DNA from: Candidatus Nomurabacteria bacterium
Lineage (GTDB): Bacteria > Patescibacteriota > Minisyncoccia > Phycocordibacterales > UBA918
Reading direction: 5' to 3'
NCBI GenBank assembly: GCA_023898525.1
Contig: CP060227.1
Span: 493,634 to 557,633 of the forward strand
Length of the DNA stretch: 64,000 nucleotides
Both the position numbers and the translations under genes were made by a program. The notes below the pieces were generated by a model. The model was given only the letters and a program-made list of their open reading frames with translations. It searched no databases and was not told the DNA's origin. How positions within the stretch are numbered: the stretch's first letter is position 1; the number at the start of each line of letters is the position of its first letter. Of the stretch, positions 35,884 through 45,827 are shown in pieces.

Positions 35884-37233
35884 ATGAATTATCAAATCGC
35901 CGCTCCGTCTGAGAAGCCCATCGTGCTCAAATACTGTATCTACGCTCGCAAATCCATGGAGCAAGAGGAACGCCAAGCGTTGTCTATCGACTCTCAGCTC
36001 AAGGAGATGAAGGAAATCGTTGACCGAGAGAAGCTCGATGTCGTAGCAATAAAAACCGAGTCGCACTCAGCCAAGCACTCAGGACAACGTGAGGTCTTCA
36101 TGGAAATGGTCACAGAACTCAAAGCTGGCAAGTACAACGCCATCCTTACCTGGAACCCAGACCGCCTCAGTCGTAATGCTGGTGACCTCGGCTTGCTGGT
36201 AGACATGATGGACAATGGCAAGTTGTTGGAGATTCGTACCTTCAATCAAGTCTTCTCCAACTCACCAAACGAAAAGTTCCTCCTCATGATTCTCTGCTCA
36301 CAAGCCAAGCTGGAGAACGATCAGAAAGGTATCAACGTGAAGAGGGGTCTGCGAGCTGCAGCTGCTAAAGGTCTCTGGCCCTGTGCCTATCCGCCACTCG
36401 GATACAGCAAGTCACGCATGAAGGGTGAAGAAGGAGTTGTGCATTTAAATAAGAAAGACGCTCCATTCATCAAGGAAGCGTTTCGGAAAGTAGCGTACGA
36501 GGGCTATTCAACCTACGCCATTGAACGCTGGCTCAAGGAAACTGGCATGACCACTTCCTCTGGCAAACCCCTGAATTACAGCCTCGTTCAAGCCATGCTC
36601 CACAACTCTTTCTACTACGGCTATTTTGAATTTCCGAAGAAGAGTGGACAGATATACAAAGGTGCACATAAGCCCGCCATTACCAAGAAGCTTTTCAATG
36701 ATGCACAGGAAGCAATTGCTCAGAAGGAGCGGAAGAAACGCTACCGTAAATCTAAGACTGCGCCGTTTGGTTTTCTTCACTTGATACGCTGTGGTACTTG
36801 TAGCTCGGGTATCACTGCCGAAGAGAAGTACAAAACTCTTAAAAGCACTGGTGAAGAAGCTGTCTACCGTTACTACGTCTGTTGCCGAAATCGTAACCGT
36901 GACTGTCGTGAGAAATATATTAGCGAGACTCAATTACTGGAAGAACTGTATAAAATTCTTGATGTCGTCGAGCTTGATGAAATTGGTATGCGAGAAATGC
37001 TCGAGTCTGAGATTGAGAAGTGGTACAAGGTGCGGGCATTTGTTCAAGGCAAACCCGTTGAAGAACGCACTGATGAGCAGAAGGAATACGACCTCCGTAA
37101 ATACGCCAAGATTATCTTTGAAGAGGGTCGTAACGATGAACAGCGTGAGATCTTGAAGTATGTAAAAGGCAGGCTGATTTTGAGGAACAAGCGAATATAT
37201 CTCGATACCGTTCCAGAAGAGGCAAAATCCTAA
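35884..37233 (+). CDS. Large serine recombinase, paralog 2
   Basis: YARKSMEQEE, LSIDSQ, ILTWNPDRLSRNAGDLG; ~60-70% identical to the other three copies. Confidence 0.85.
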   Translation: MNYQIAAPSEKPIVLKYCIYARKSMEQEERQALSIDSQLKEMKEIVDREKLDVVAIKTESHSAKHSGQREVFMEMVTELKAGKYNAILTWNPDRLSRNAGDLGLLVDMMDNGKLLEIRTFNQVFSNSPNEKFLLMILCSQAKLENDQKGINVKRGLRAAAAKGLWPCAYPPLGYSKSRMKGEEGVVHLNKKDAPFIKEAFRKVAYEGYSTYAIERWLKETGMTTSSGKPLNYSLVQAMLHNSFYYGYFEFPKKSGQIYKGAHKPAITKKLFNDAQEAIAQKERKKRYRKSKTAPFGFLHLIRCGTCSSGITAEEKYKTLKSTGEEAVYRYYVCCRNRNRDCREKYISETQLLEELYKILDVVELDEIGMREMLESEIEKWYKVRAFVQGKPVEERTDEQKEYDLRKYAKIIFEEGRNDEQREILKYVKGRLILRNKRIYLDTVPEEAKS

Positions 37234-37341
37234 TAAATAAGTCCCTACTGATAGGGGTCAGAAAATAGCGACATCAGTCGCTCGGAAACCCTTGTGGGGC
37301 TTGCTGGGTGAAAATCCGCAACGCCAAGGGGGCACACAGGC

Positions 37342-37384
37342 AAAACAAACAAACGACTCTTTTAAAAGAGTCGTTTGTTTGTTT
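37342..37384. terminator. Perfect palindromic terminator AAACAAACAAACGACTCTTTT-AA-AAGAGTCGTTTGTTTGTTT
   Basis: It lies 110 nt after the recombinase stop. Confidence 0.6.
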
Positions 37385-37477
37385 TAGAAACTGAACTGCT
37401 TCAGTTTCGTGCCTGTGTGCCGGGCGGAGACATGTTTTCTTCTCCTTCCCAGAGAAGAAAACAGTCGAGCCGGGGTC

Positions 37478-37660
37478 GAGAGTACTTAGCAAAATAAGAG
37501 CGTCAGCGAATTATTATGCTTAGTAACTCGTGACCACAGAAAAAATAACAATGGGTGCACAGAATCTGTAAGATTCGCGAACACTTAGCAAAATCTGCAC
37601 GGAGTGCAAGATTATACTTAGTGATTCGTGTCCCCCAGAGAAAGCAAACGGTTTTGCCTT
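37478..37660. repeat. Two ~85-nt tandem units (ACTTAGCAAAAT...ATTATRCTTAGTRAYTCGTG) in a 530-nt ORF-poor intergenic region
   Basis: The ACTTAGCAAA motif also occurs at 60566-60577, upstream of recombinase paralog 4. Confidence 0.5.
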
Positions 37661-37770
37661 CGTCATGAATCGAAGGGATATTGGATGTGTGACAACACGA
37701 CAATATCCCAGGCTCGAAGAGGATTCCTGCTGGGGACACCGAAAGAATCAGGAATCCCATTCACCCCCAA

Positions 37771-38244
37771 CTACGAACCAGTATCTTCAACTACATCTGC
37801 CCTAGTCCCTTGATTACTTGGTGTCTCTTGGGTTTGAATATCCGAGTCTGAGACCGACGTGTCGTTAGTTACTTCACCAGTAGCTTCACCCTCTTTATCA
37901 AACAATGGCAGTTCATTATGACCATACTTATTAATCATATCTAAGCGTACCGTGTCGTATATCTCTTGCCGTTGGTTAAAGTTATTTATTGCCGCTTCGA
38001 CAAATTCACTTTTATAATTAATCGGCGCACCGCCAGAACCATCAGTATCTTCTACAGACACATTACTGTACTGCATATAGGTGCTAACACTCCACCAGAC
38101 CCCAGAAATCACGACTAATGTAGAAATCACAAGTCCAATCAACCACTCTCTTTCCGGGTGCATGATTTGATTGTCGGAGAATTCTTTTTTATGTGGATGG
38201 ATGACATGGTCTACCATCTTTAATATCTCTTTTTTCTCGATCAT
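37771..38244 (-). CDS. Hypothetical membrane protein, last gene of the pilMNO-like operon
   Basis: One TM; position analogous to pilP. Confidence 0.3.
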   Translation of the reverse strand: MIEKKEILKMVDHVIHPHKKEFSDNQIMHPEREWLIGLVISTLVVISGVWWSVSTYMQYSNVSVEDTDGSGGAPINYKSEFVEAAINNFNQRQEIYDTVRLDMINKYGHNELPLFDKEGEATGEVTNDTSVSDSDIQTQETPSNQGTRADVVEDTGS

Positions 38245-38765
38245 GGTGTCTGCATTGTTATTAATATAGTCGCCTCACCTTCCCAAGTATCTCCAGCTAT
38301 TGATTTTAATGACAAAGATTCGAGATACGAATGGTAATGTATATTTTCCAGTATTCTTACAAAGTCTTTCACCGCATCTTTTTCACCCACGTAAACAAAA
38401 ACAACCTTGAAAAACTTCAAACCTTTTTCCTTATCAGCAATAGTATCATCAATGGATTCTGTCCTTAAGGTTAGACCTAGCGTCGGAGCCAGTGCTTCCA
38501 TTTCATCTAGAAAGGTAATTGAATCATTGGCATCTCGGAGAAACTTTGTTGACAACTCAGTCCGCTGTGCTTCTGTCTCCTGCATTGTTCGTGTAATATT
38601 TAAATGAGTATAGTCTTTCTTATTATTACTTTTTAAAAGAGCCACGTTATTATCTAAACGAACTCCTTGAGCATTAATCTCAAAAAACAAAAAGCCACAA
38701 ATAGCTGACGTTAGAACAAACGATATCAATGAAATAATAAATGTGCTTTTGGTGTTATTACTCAT
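38241..38765 (-). CDS. pilO: PilO-like type IV pilus assembly protein
   Basis: A single N-terminal TM plus a periplasmic domain; operon position after pilN. Confidence 0.5.
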   Translation of the reverse strand: MSNNTKSTFIISLISFVLTSAICGFLFFEINAQGVRLDNNVALLKSNNKKDYTHLNITRTMQETEAQRTELSTKFLRDANDSITFLDEMEALAPTLGLTLRTESIDDTIADKEKGLKFFKVVFVYVGEKDAVKDFVRILENIHYHSYLESLSLKSIAGDTWEGEATILITMQTP

Positions 38766-38768
38766 AGG

Positions 38769-39311
38769 CTATTTATTATCAGTATTAAGATTAACTGATA
38801 AGGTAAAACCAATATCCTTATCTTTCGCTAAATCAGAAATCGGTAACTTTACATCCTTCACTTCAGGCAGAGCTGAAAGGTTGTCACGAAACTCGACCAA
38901 AGCTTCTCTGGTATCAGCTATCCCTTTTACCTCTACAGACTCTACAGCCATGCCCGCACGAAGAAACTCATAATCGTTGATAATAATCATTGAGCCTTGT
39001 AGGTCATCAATGGCTGCCATCAAAGAAGAAAATTGTTCTAACTGCTGTAGCTCGACCAACAAGGCCGATTGTCTCTTGGCCATTGTTAAAGCCGAAGCCG
39101 AAAGATCATAATCAGCCACCTTGGCGGCCACCTCCTTAGCGGATGAGGCATAAGTACCAACCTGAGAAGTAACCAAAACATAGACCGGTAGTAGTGAAAT
39201 CGCTACCAAAAGACCCGCCACACTCACCGCAAATAACCAAACCGAAATAACCCTAACCCAGTATTCCTTGGTTATTTGTTTTTTAGCGGTTGGTGGTATT
39301 AGATTAATCAT
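38769..39311 (-). CDS. pilN: PilN-like type IV pilus assembly protein
   Basis: N-terminal MINLIPP motif, a TM, a coiled coil. Confidence 0.6.
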   Translation of the reverse strand: MINLIPPTAKKQITKEYWVRVISVWLFAVSVAGLLVAISLLPVYVLVTSQVGTYASSAKEVAAKVADYDLSASALTMAKRQSALLVELQQLEQFSSLMAAIDDLQGSMIIINDYEFLRAGMAVESVEVKGIADTREALVEFRDNLSALPEVKDVKLPISDLAKDKDIGFTLSVNLNTDNK

Positions 39312-39316
39312 AAATA

Positions 39317-40411
39317 CTAAACAGAGCTCTTTATAGCCAAACCAATAGCAGTGGCATAACCATATGAATAACGTTTTTCAATTGGCGGTATCATCACTGA
39401 AGTATCAAAAGCATTTTGCCAAACATTACCTCGCACACACTTAGCCCCCAACATCTCAGTTAGGTACTCCGGTAGCCCACGCAAATTACCACTCCCTCCA
39501 CAAATAATTACCTTTTTAATTCGTCGCTCATCTCTATTACTACCACGCTGGTGCCAATACTGCATACGAAGCGCTATCTCGTCTTTTATGACAGAAATGG
39601 TAGAAATTAATGCATCATAGACTTTTGTATCGTCGGTTTCAGTAATCAAGCCAATGGTATTTTTAATTTTCGTCAATTCATCCTCCGGTACGTCTCCCAG
39701 GGTTTTCCTAAGCATTTGTGACAATTGCTTGCCACCCAAATCAATCGTGGATGTATACAGTAGAGACTGCCCACCCACAATTCCGACTCCGGTTCTGGTC
39801 TTACCAAAGTCCAAAAGCATAACAACATCATCGTTATCATTAGAAACCACCGCCCGCGCCATAGCTTGCGCCTCAACCTCAAAAGAAAGCGGGGTTAGCC
39901 CTGCCTCCCTACAAACATCATAATATTTTAAAATAGTCTCACGTTGATAGGCGGCCACTACAACCTTGACCATGTTTTGATTGGTGTACGATGGGATTAT
40001 TTCATAATCAAAAATAGCGTCTCTAGCAGGTATCGGTACATTCTCTTCCAATCTAAACTCTAAAACATTACGAATTTCTTTCGGTGGAACATTACGCTTG
40101 ATCTCTGTTTCAAAAATATACGCTCTTTCCTCTGGTAGTGATACCCTAATGTAGTCAGCCTTAGTGGTAGCTTTGAATTCTTTCAGCGCATTAACCATAC
40201 CTTTTGGATCTAGGATCTCGCCTCTTTCCAAAACATCTTTCGGGATTTTAATGTCACCCCACTCCTTTAGGACCCGCAACCGGTCGGACCGCAGTGACGG
40301 ATGAAAAGACACATACTTCATAGAAGTGTCGGAAATATCTACCCCAACACTAGGCATCACCATGAAGCTCGGCGGTGGGACTATTTTCGTCAGTGAACTC
40401 AAGACATTCAT
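39317..40411 (-). CDS. pilM: PilM type IV pilus assembly ATPase-like (actin fold)
   Basis: ~360 aa, with actin/FtsA-like phosphate motifs (VGVDISDTSMKY, DLGGKQL). Confidence 0.7.
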   Translation of the reverse strand: MNVLSSLTKIVPPPSFMVMPSVGVDISDTSMKYVSFHPSLRSDRLRVLKEWGDIKIPKDVLERGEILDPKGMVNALKEFKATTKADYIRVSLPEERAYIFETEIKRNVPPKEIRNVLEFRLEENVPIPARDAIFDYEIIPSYTNQNMVKVVVAAYQRETILKYYDVCREAGLTPLSFEVEAQAMARAVVSNDNDDVVMLLDFGKTRTGVGIVGGQSLLYTSTIDLGGKQLSQMLRKTLGDVPEDELTKIKNTIGLITETDDTKVYDALISTISVIKDEIALRMQYWHQRGSNRDERRIKKVIICGGSGNLRGLPEYLTEMLGAKCVRGNVWQNAFDTSVMIPPIEKRYSYGYATAIGLAIKSSV

Positions 40412-40456
40412 ATTATCTATTATACGCTGTCTCTACCACCAAAAACGTCACCTTCT

Positions 40457-41065
40457 TCACATAGTGAGTAAAAAATAAATAATGATGGAAACAAAAGTGA
40501 TAATGGTAATTGGTTTGATATTTTTGCGAGCCATCCGAACCGCATCTTCACCGTAATGATATGTCAAATAACCTGCAATACTGTAGCGAACAGAACGTCC
40601 CACAAACACTCCTGATAAAAATAAGAGTAGGTTACCTTTAATAGCTCCAGCCGCCAAAGCAGTCAAAGTAAAAGGAACAGGCGTAATAGCTCCCACCAAC
40701 CCAAGAATAAAGGTACTGTTCTTAAATTCCTCACTTATTACATAAAATTCAGCTACTGATTTGTCGGACAAAAAGCCAAGTATGATATCAATAAAGAAAT
40801 TGGCTGTTATGTAGGCGACTAGGCCACCGATAATAGAGGCGGCTAGAGTTACTACAACAGCTGTCACCACCTTAGAGCGATGGAGTAATATATATGCGAT
40901 CAGAAAAGGATCGGTTATTAAGGGAATCAAAAGCATTGACTCCACAAAAGATATGATAGCCAAAACCCACAGACCATAGCGTGAACTAAGTAGTCCTTTT
41001 GATTTTTGTGTCACCTCTCTTAGGTCCTTATCTTTAGTAGTTTTAATTTCTACGTTCTCTGGCAT
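40457..41065 (-). CDS. DedA/YqaA-family membrane protein
   Basis: The FVESMLLIPLITDPFL motif in TM1-2. Confidence 0.55.
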   Translation of the reverse strand: MPENVEIKTTKDKDLREVTQKSKGLLSSRYGLWVLAIISFVESMLLIPLITDPFLIAYILLHRSKVVTAVVVTLAASIIGGLVAYITANFFIDIILGFLSDKSVAEFYVISEEFKNSTFILGLVGAITPVPFTLTALAAGAIKGNLLLFLSGVFVGRSVRYSIAGYLTYHYGEDAVRMARKNIKPITIITFVSIIIYFLLTM

Positions 41066-41070
41066 GAAAG

Positions 41071-41409
41071 TTATCTTACTTCAGCACCCGCCTCAACCGG
41101 CGCCTGCGGTACCAATAAAGTAAATGTTTCTGCAGTACCGGTAGCCAAAATCATACCATGACTCATCAGGCCTTTTATTTCGCGCGGTTTAAGGTTGGTA
41201 ACAAAAGGACACTGCACACCAACCAATTGCTCAGGTTCTTCGAAATAACTCCTTATACCAGATATAATTTGCCTAGGCTCCGTTTCACCAAAATCTACCA
41301 TTAGTTTGAGTAGTCGATCAGCTTCCGGAACAATCTCTACCGACTTAATAGTGCCAATCTTTATCTCCAGCTTGGCAAAATCTTCAAATTCAATTTGCTC
41401 CATAATCAA
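41071..41409 (-). CDS. tRNA-binding domain protein (CsaA/Trbp111-like, OB fold)
   Basis: KLMVDFGETEPRQIISGIRSYF...NLKPREIKGLMSHGMIL. Confidence 0.7.
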   Translation of the reverse strand: MIMEQIEFEDFAKLEIKIGTIKSVEIVPEADRLLKLMVDFGETEPRQIISGIRSYFEEPEQLVGVQCPFVTNLKPREIKGLMSHGMILATGTAETFTLLVPQAPVEAGAEVR

Positions 41410-41787
41410 TTATCGGTGACTTAAATAATTATCTAATATCAAGGTGGCGGCGGCTGCATCAGTCATATCATTGCGCCCTTGAATCCTTAGCGCCGCCTGT
41501 GTGGTGTACTGCTCAGGTTCAAGGTGGATTGGTAACCCAGTTTCAAGAGTAAGGCTGGTGATAAATTCCTCAACTGCTTCGTGTACAGCATTAGGTTTTC
41601 CTTCTTTATCCAACGAATAGCCAATCACAATCTCTGCTACCTGTTTCTCTTCAATAAGAGCCACTACTTTTGTTAGTAATTCTTGATCATTCCCATAAAC
41701 CGCATGCGGGAATGCCATCTTGCCTGATTCGTCGGTAATTGATACTCCGACTCGCTTTTGACCAAAATCTATACCTAAAAGTCTCAT
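41410..41787 (-). CDS. ruvX: Holliday-junction resolvase-like YqgF/RuvX
   Basis: RLLGIDFGQKRVGVS at the N-terminus. Confidence 0.8.
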   Translation of the reverse strand: MRLLGIDFGQKRVGVSITDESGKMAFPHAVYGNDQELLTKVVALIEEKQVAEIVIGYSLDKEGKPNAVHEAVEEFITSLTLETGLPIHLEPEQYTTQAALRIQGRNDMTDAAAATLILDNYLSHR

Positions 41788-41821
41788 GTTTTTTAGCATA
41801 ACACAAATTTTAAAAAGTTAG

Positions 41822-41858
41822 AAAAGTCCCGCGCGAGCTTCGCTCGCGCGGGACTTTT
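41822..41858. terminator. GC-rich palindromic terminator AAAAGTCCCGCGCGAGC-TTCG-GCTCGCGCGGGACTTTT
   Basis: It lies immediately 3' of the minus-strand glucose-6-phosphate isomerase gene (its stop is at 41878). Confidence 0.65.
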
Positions 41859-41877
41859 CAACTAGCCAACTGACACT

Positions 41878-43191
41878 CTAGGAATCCTCCAATATCCTCT
41901 TAGTCTCAACCTTATACGACTCAACATTAGGCTGATCAAAGGCATTAACATTGAACAATTGACCTAGGTACATCACTTCCAGCATCTTAAACTGCATAAA
42001 AGCACCGATCTCATACTCGTTTATCCCTTCTAGTTTTATTTCCATAAACGGTAGATCATTTTGGGTGTAAGCAATTTTTACCCCCTCTAGAATTGCTTCC
42101 ACGATTTCATCAGTAGTCTTACCGTTTATCATGGTAGCAATTTCACCAAACATACGATCGGCTGGTACAGATAATTGTTTGTCGGTATTTTGATTGTAGA
42201 CAAACGTAGTTACCTTGTCTTTGGGACCACCTAGATACAACTGTCCAACTGAATGCAGATCAGTCGAACCGATTGAGACCGTAGGAGTCAATCCAGTATT
42301 TACCTTTTCTCCGGCCAAGTTAAATTCTTTACCGATACTTTCTCCCAAGAGCTGGCGATACCATTTACCCAACGACTCAAGCTCACTGTTGAAGAGAAAA
42401 GTATCATGAATAGACTTACCGTCATCGTGCGCCAAAGATAAGAAAGCAGCACTTAAAAGAGCTGGGTTTTCAACCATTTCTGAACTAATACATTTAGCTC
42501 GCATGTCAGCCGCCCCCCGCCTTAAGGCTCTTATGTCTAAACCAGCTGCCAAAAGCGGAAAAAGCCCAACCGCTGATAGAACAGAGTACCGCCCACCAAC
42601 CATCTTAGGTATCGCCAGTTTGGCAAGACCAGCTTTTCCCGCCCCTTGCCACAACAAAGAACCCTCGTCGGTAATTACTACCGTTCGCTCCTCAGCATCA
42701 GTGAATTTTTTATTTAGAGCGCTTAGGATTATTTCTGTATTGGCCATTGTCTCAGTAGTACCGCCAGACTTACTAATACTAACAACCAAAAATTCTTCCA
42801 CTTCTTTAATAGTCGGAATTAATTCCTCAACGTAAAAACGAAGCATAGTGGAATTATTGGTATCAACAAAAATCATCTTGGGATGATTTGCTGACAACAC
42901 ATCACCATAACCGACTAAAGCATCGTAAACAGCCTTAGTACCCAAGTTAGATCCGCCAATCCCAGTCACAAAAATATATCGAAGTTTAGGCGAAACTTTT
43001 TGTGCCACCAACTCTTCTACCACAGACAGTAGCTCATCATCAACCGGTAGGTTGATTGAAGCCTCAGCTGCTTCGTAGTTATTATCAGCTGCCACTTGCC
43101 CCAACCCCTGAACGTAGTTTGTTAATTGTCTGGCCCGGTCTTCTACTACCGAAGATGAGTACGTGGTTGAATTCTTTAACTCGAGTTTCAT
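41878..43191 (-). CDS. pgi: Glucose-6-phosphate isomerase (short bacterial/archaeal type)
   Basis: FVTGIGGSNLG and SKSGGTTE motifs. Confidence 0.8.
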   Translation of the reverse strand: MKLELKNSTTYSSSVVEDRARQLTNYVQGLGQVAADNNYEAAEASINLPVDDELLSVVEELVAQKVSPKLRYIFVTGIGGSNLGTKAVYDALVGYGDVLSANHPKMIFVDTNNSTMLRFYVEELIPTIKEVEEFLVVSISKSGGTTETMANTEIILSALNKKFTDAEERTVVITDEGSLLWQGAGKAGLAKLAIPKMVGGRYSVLSAVGLFPLLAAGLDIRALRRGAADMRAKCISSEMVENPALLSAAFLSLAHDDGKSIHDTFLFNSELESLGKWYRQLLGESIGKEFNLAGEKVNTGLTPTVSIGSTDLHSVGQLYLGGPKDKVTTFVYNQNTDKQLSVPADRMFGEIATMINGKTTDEIVEAILEGVKIAYTQNDLPFMEIKLEGINEYEIGAFMQFKMLEVMYLGQLFNVNAFDQPNVESYKVETKRILEDS

Positions 43192-43247
43192 AGCTGCTTA
43201 TATTTTATAAAATTTCAAAATTAATAATCTATTCTCAGTATTATAGC

Positions 43248-44507
43248 CTATAAACGACCCCTAGCTTTTTCAGCTTCAATAATCCGATTGATCGCCAACT
43301 TATAACTATGCGTACGAAGAGAATAAAGATCGTCCTCACTAGCCCGCAAAACACAAGCAAAAGCCTCAACAATTCTCGACTCCAACTCTGAGTGTACACG
43401 TTCAATCAACCAATAATCGTTACTGCTGTTTTGAGCCCATTCAAAATAACTCACCATCACCCCGCCGGCGTTAGCTATAATATCGGGAATTACAACTATA
43501 CGCTTTTGCTCCTGCAAGATTTTATCGGCTTCCGTTGTAATCGGATCATTGGCCATTTCCAAAATGGTTTTGGCCTTGATTTTTTCTACGTTATCTTTAG
43601 TAATCTGATGTGAAATTGCCGCCGGTACTAAAACATCAACATCAAGCTCCAAAAGCTCAGCATTGGTTATTTCCTTGGCAGATATATCTGTCGGTAATTT
43701 TCTGTGCTGACTGTCACCTAATATTGCCTTGATATCCAAACCAGCTGGATCATATATAGCCCGCCTGGTATCGCTGACCGCCACTACTTTGGCTCCCCAA
43801 CCATGCAGTATTTCTGCTAAATATGAACCGACATTACCAAAGCCCTGAATCGCGACTGTCGTTCCTTGAATCTTTTGGCCAATATGCTCCAGATAAGTAC
43901 GGAGCACAAAGGCTCCACCAAGCGAAGTGGCTTCAGTGCGGCCTTTTGAACCACCGAGTGACAAGGGCTTACCGGTAATAATTCCCGGCACAAATCGACC
44001 GCTAATCTTTGCGTACTCATCCACCATATAACCCATTATTTCAGCATTGGTATTCACGTCCGGCGCGGGCACATCCACTCGATCACCAATGAAGGGGTGG
44101 ATTTCACGAATAAAAGAACGTGACAATCTCTCAAGCTCACCCTTTGACAACACCTTCGGATCAACCTCAACTCCACCCTTAGCTCCGCCAAACGGAATAT
44201 TAACGAGTGCACATTTAAGCGCCATTAAAAACGCTAGATTTTTTACTTCCTCAAGTTCGACTTCCGGATGAAAACGAAGACCTCCCTTACCTGGTCCACG
44301 CGCATCGCTGTACAAGACCCGATAAGCATTGAAGGTTTTAGTTTCACCGGAATCCATCTTGACCGGCACCGTGAAGGTTACAATCCGCTTGGGTCGATCA
44401 AGTAAACAAATCTCTGACTCAGAGTATTCATCTTCAGACAAGATGCTCACGAGCCTGTGCCGACAATCTATACAAATATTCTTGTCTTCCCCTATTTGAT
44501 TAACCAT
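43248..44507 (-). CDS. gdhA: NAD(P)-dependent glutamate dehydrogenase
   Basis: The NIPFGGAKGG active-site motif and GFGNVG Rossmann motif. The start is taken at MVNQIGED. Confidence 0.85.
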   Translation of the reverse strand: MVNQIGEDKNICIDCRHRLVSILSEDEYSESEICLLDRPKRIVTFTVPVKMDSGETKTFNAYRVLYSDARGPGKGGLRFHPEVELEEVKNLAFLMALKCALVNIPFGGAKGGVEVDPKVLSKGELERLSRSFIREIHPFIGDRVDVPAPDVNTNAEIMGYMVDEYAKISGRFVPGIITGKPLSLGGSKGRTEATSLGGAFVLRTYLEHIGQKIQGTTVAIQGFGNVGSYLAEILHGWGAKVVAVSDTRRAIYDPAGLDIKAILGDSQHRKLPTDISAKEITNAELLELDVDVLVPAAISHQITKDNVEKIKAKTILEMANDPITTEADKILQEQKRIVVIPDIIANAGGVMVSYFEWAQNSSNDYWLIERVHSELESRIVEAFACVLRASEDDLYSLRTHSYKLAINRIIEAEKARGRL

Positions 44508-44764
44508 ATTATTAGTGTAATTAAAAATTTTAAATATATACCACACTCAACAAACACTTCTTCTAATCCACCAAATTTAGCCTATGTTTAAATATTTTAG
44601 TATATACGCAAATATTGTATCAATCATACATAATAATTTCAAATTCCCCTATCCACTTTCTTTTTTAAATTCCAATTATCAGCCACTTAACAGCAACAGC
44701 CGAAACGTATTCACGTTTCGGCTGACCGATTTGTGGACTTATTTTTAAGAAGCGTAGCGACTAT

Positions 44765-44807
44765 GAAAATAGAAATGCCCTTGTGGTGCTCCCGCCAGGA
44801 ATCGAAC
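44765..44807 (-). repeat. tRNA-associated motif copy 2 (minus sense CCACAAGGGCATTTCTATTTTC) fused to a 22-nt exact copy of the tRNA-Arg 3' end ending ...GGGAGCACCA
   Basis: 44786-44807 equals 44974-44995. Confidence 0.65.
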
Positions 44808-44925
44808 ATTACATGTTCAGTACCCGTTGTGGATATTTTAGTCGCTTCTCTCCTAAAATATCTCACAACAGCTTCGATTCGTGCTACGGCTTTTTATTCC
44901 GCTATCGCTTCATAAAAACCCTGCA

Positions 44926-44987
44926 CCTGGCGGGAGCACAAGAAAAACCGGCTAAACGCCGGCCTTTCTTACTGTGCTCCCGCCAGG
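44926..44987 (-). terminator. Extended hairpin CCTGGCGGGAGCAC...GTGCTCCCGCCAGG enclosing intrinsic terminator GGCCGGCGTTTAGCCGG+TTTTTTCTT, 3' of tRNA-Arg
   Basis: The right arm of the hairpin is the tRNA acceptor/T-stem 3' strand itself. Confidence 0.6.
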
Positions 44988-45046
44988 AATCGAACCTGGA
45001 GCACTGGTACCGCAAACCAATATTTTATCCATTAAACTACGGGAGC
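44975..45046 (-). tRNA. tRNA-Arg, anticodon read as GCG by manual folding
   Basis: Reverse complement: GCTCCCG acceptor, D arm GTTT-AATGGATA-AAAT, anticodon stem TTGGT/ACCAG with loop TTGCGGT, T arm CCAGG-TTCGATT-CCTGG, discriminator A; 72 nt. Confidence 0.6.
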
Positions 45047-45116
45047 TTCATTTTGAAGAATGTTTTTATTGACAAGCAACAAAACTGTTTTACTTCTTCA
45101 ACACGAAGAGTATACC

Positions 45117-45587
45117 CTAAAATCCAAATCTTTCCAGTATTTTTACAAATAAAGGCTCCTCAAGTAATTCTTCCTTTAGTCGACCTCTTAAAATAGATTC
45201 AATGTCATCAATATATTCTTCAGGGATTGGTATAACTAGAAGTGGCATAAAATGATGGTCTGTTAAAACCAGTAGTTGCGGACCGTTAGGGTCTTCTTCA
45301 TCAATATGAAAAGATTTGAGTGAAGAATAAGGATAGAGCTCATCATTTACCCTAATTCCTCGCACTGTTACCGCGAAAGGAATGATCGATGGCTTGCGCG
45401 CTGCCAACACCAAAAGCGCCACACCAGACACAGCCATCAGCAAAGCAAATAGGGTATTACTAAAAACCAAAGCAGAAATAACAACCGCCACAATTACAAT
45501 AATCAGTGAAAAATACCAATCACTCCCCTTTTCTACATGATGGTGTTCTGGGGCTTCCCAAGTGATAGCGCGAGCTGATGGTTCCAT
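45117..45587 (-). CDS. Hypothetical membrane protein with two TM helices followed by a soluble PH-like domain
   Basis: No catalytic motif. Confidence 0.35.
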   Translation of the reverse strand: MEPSARAITWEAPEHHHVEKGSDWYFSLIIVIVAVVISALVFSNTLFALLMAVSGVALLVLAARKPSIIPFAVTVRGIRVNDELYPYSSLKSFHIDEEDPNGPQLLVLTDHHFMPLLVIPIPEEYIDDIESILRGRLKEELLEEPLFVKILERFGF

Positions 45588-45827
45588 TGCAAAAATTATA
45601 GCACAAGGCAGTGTACATTTTGCAGGTTATTTGGTAGTATCTGTTGCTAACGGGCGTAAATAACCCCGTAGGAAGTAACTACAATCGAATATAAATGGAG
45701 GGATGGCTATTAAATCTAAACTGCTTTAGATTTAATCCGATCGTTCGCTAGAACGAATTACCGATGCTTTAGCGAGGTGATAGGGAGTGGTCAATGAATA
45801 ACAAATTGTAGAGGTAAAATTTAATAC

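Noticed and set aside
44786-44939. A tmRNA-like or tRNA-like minihelix (GCTCCCG-CCAGG...TTCGATT-CCTGG-CGGGAGC-ACCA)
   Set aside because: The insert is only ~115 nt with no recognisable tag-reading-frame or pseudoknot pattern. It is more simply explained as an inverted plus direct copy of the tRNA 3' end.
44786-44995. A 187-bp integrated element bounded by the duplicated 22-nt tRNA-Arg 3' end
   Set aside because: It is too small for an integrative element. The same end-duplication and hairpin pattern recurs at tRNA-Leu and tRNA-Val, so I report it as a general tRNA-linked architecture.
45600-45827. RNase P, SRP or 6S RNA in the 230-nt gap before tRNA-Ser
   Set aside because: No P4-type conserved blocks and no SRP domain IV motif. 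Only small local hairpins (AAATCTAAA-CTGC-TTTAGATTT). It is probably a promoter/leader region.
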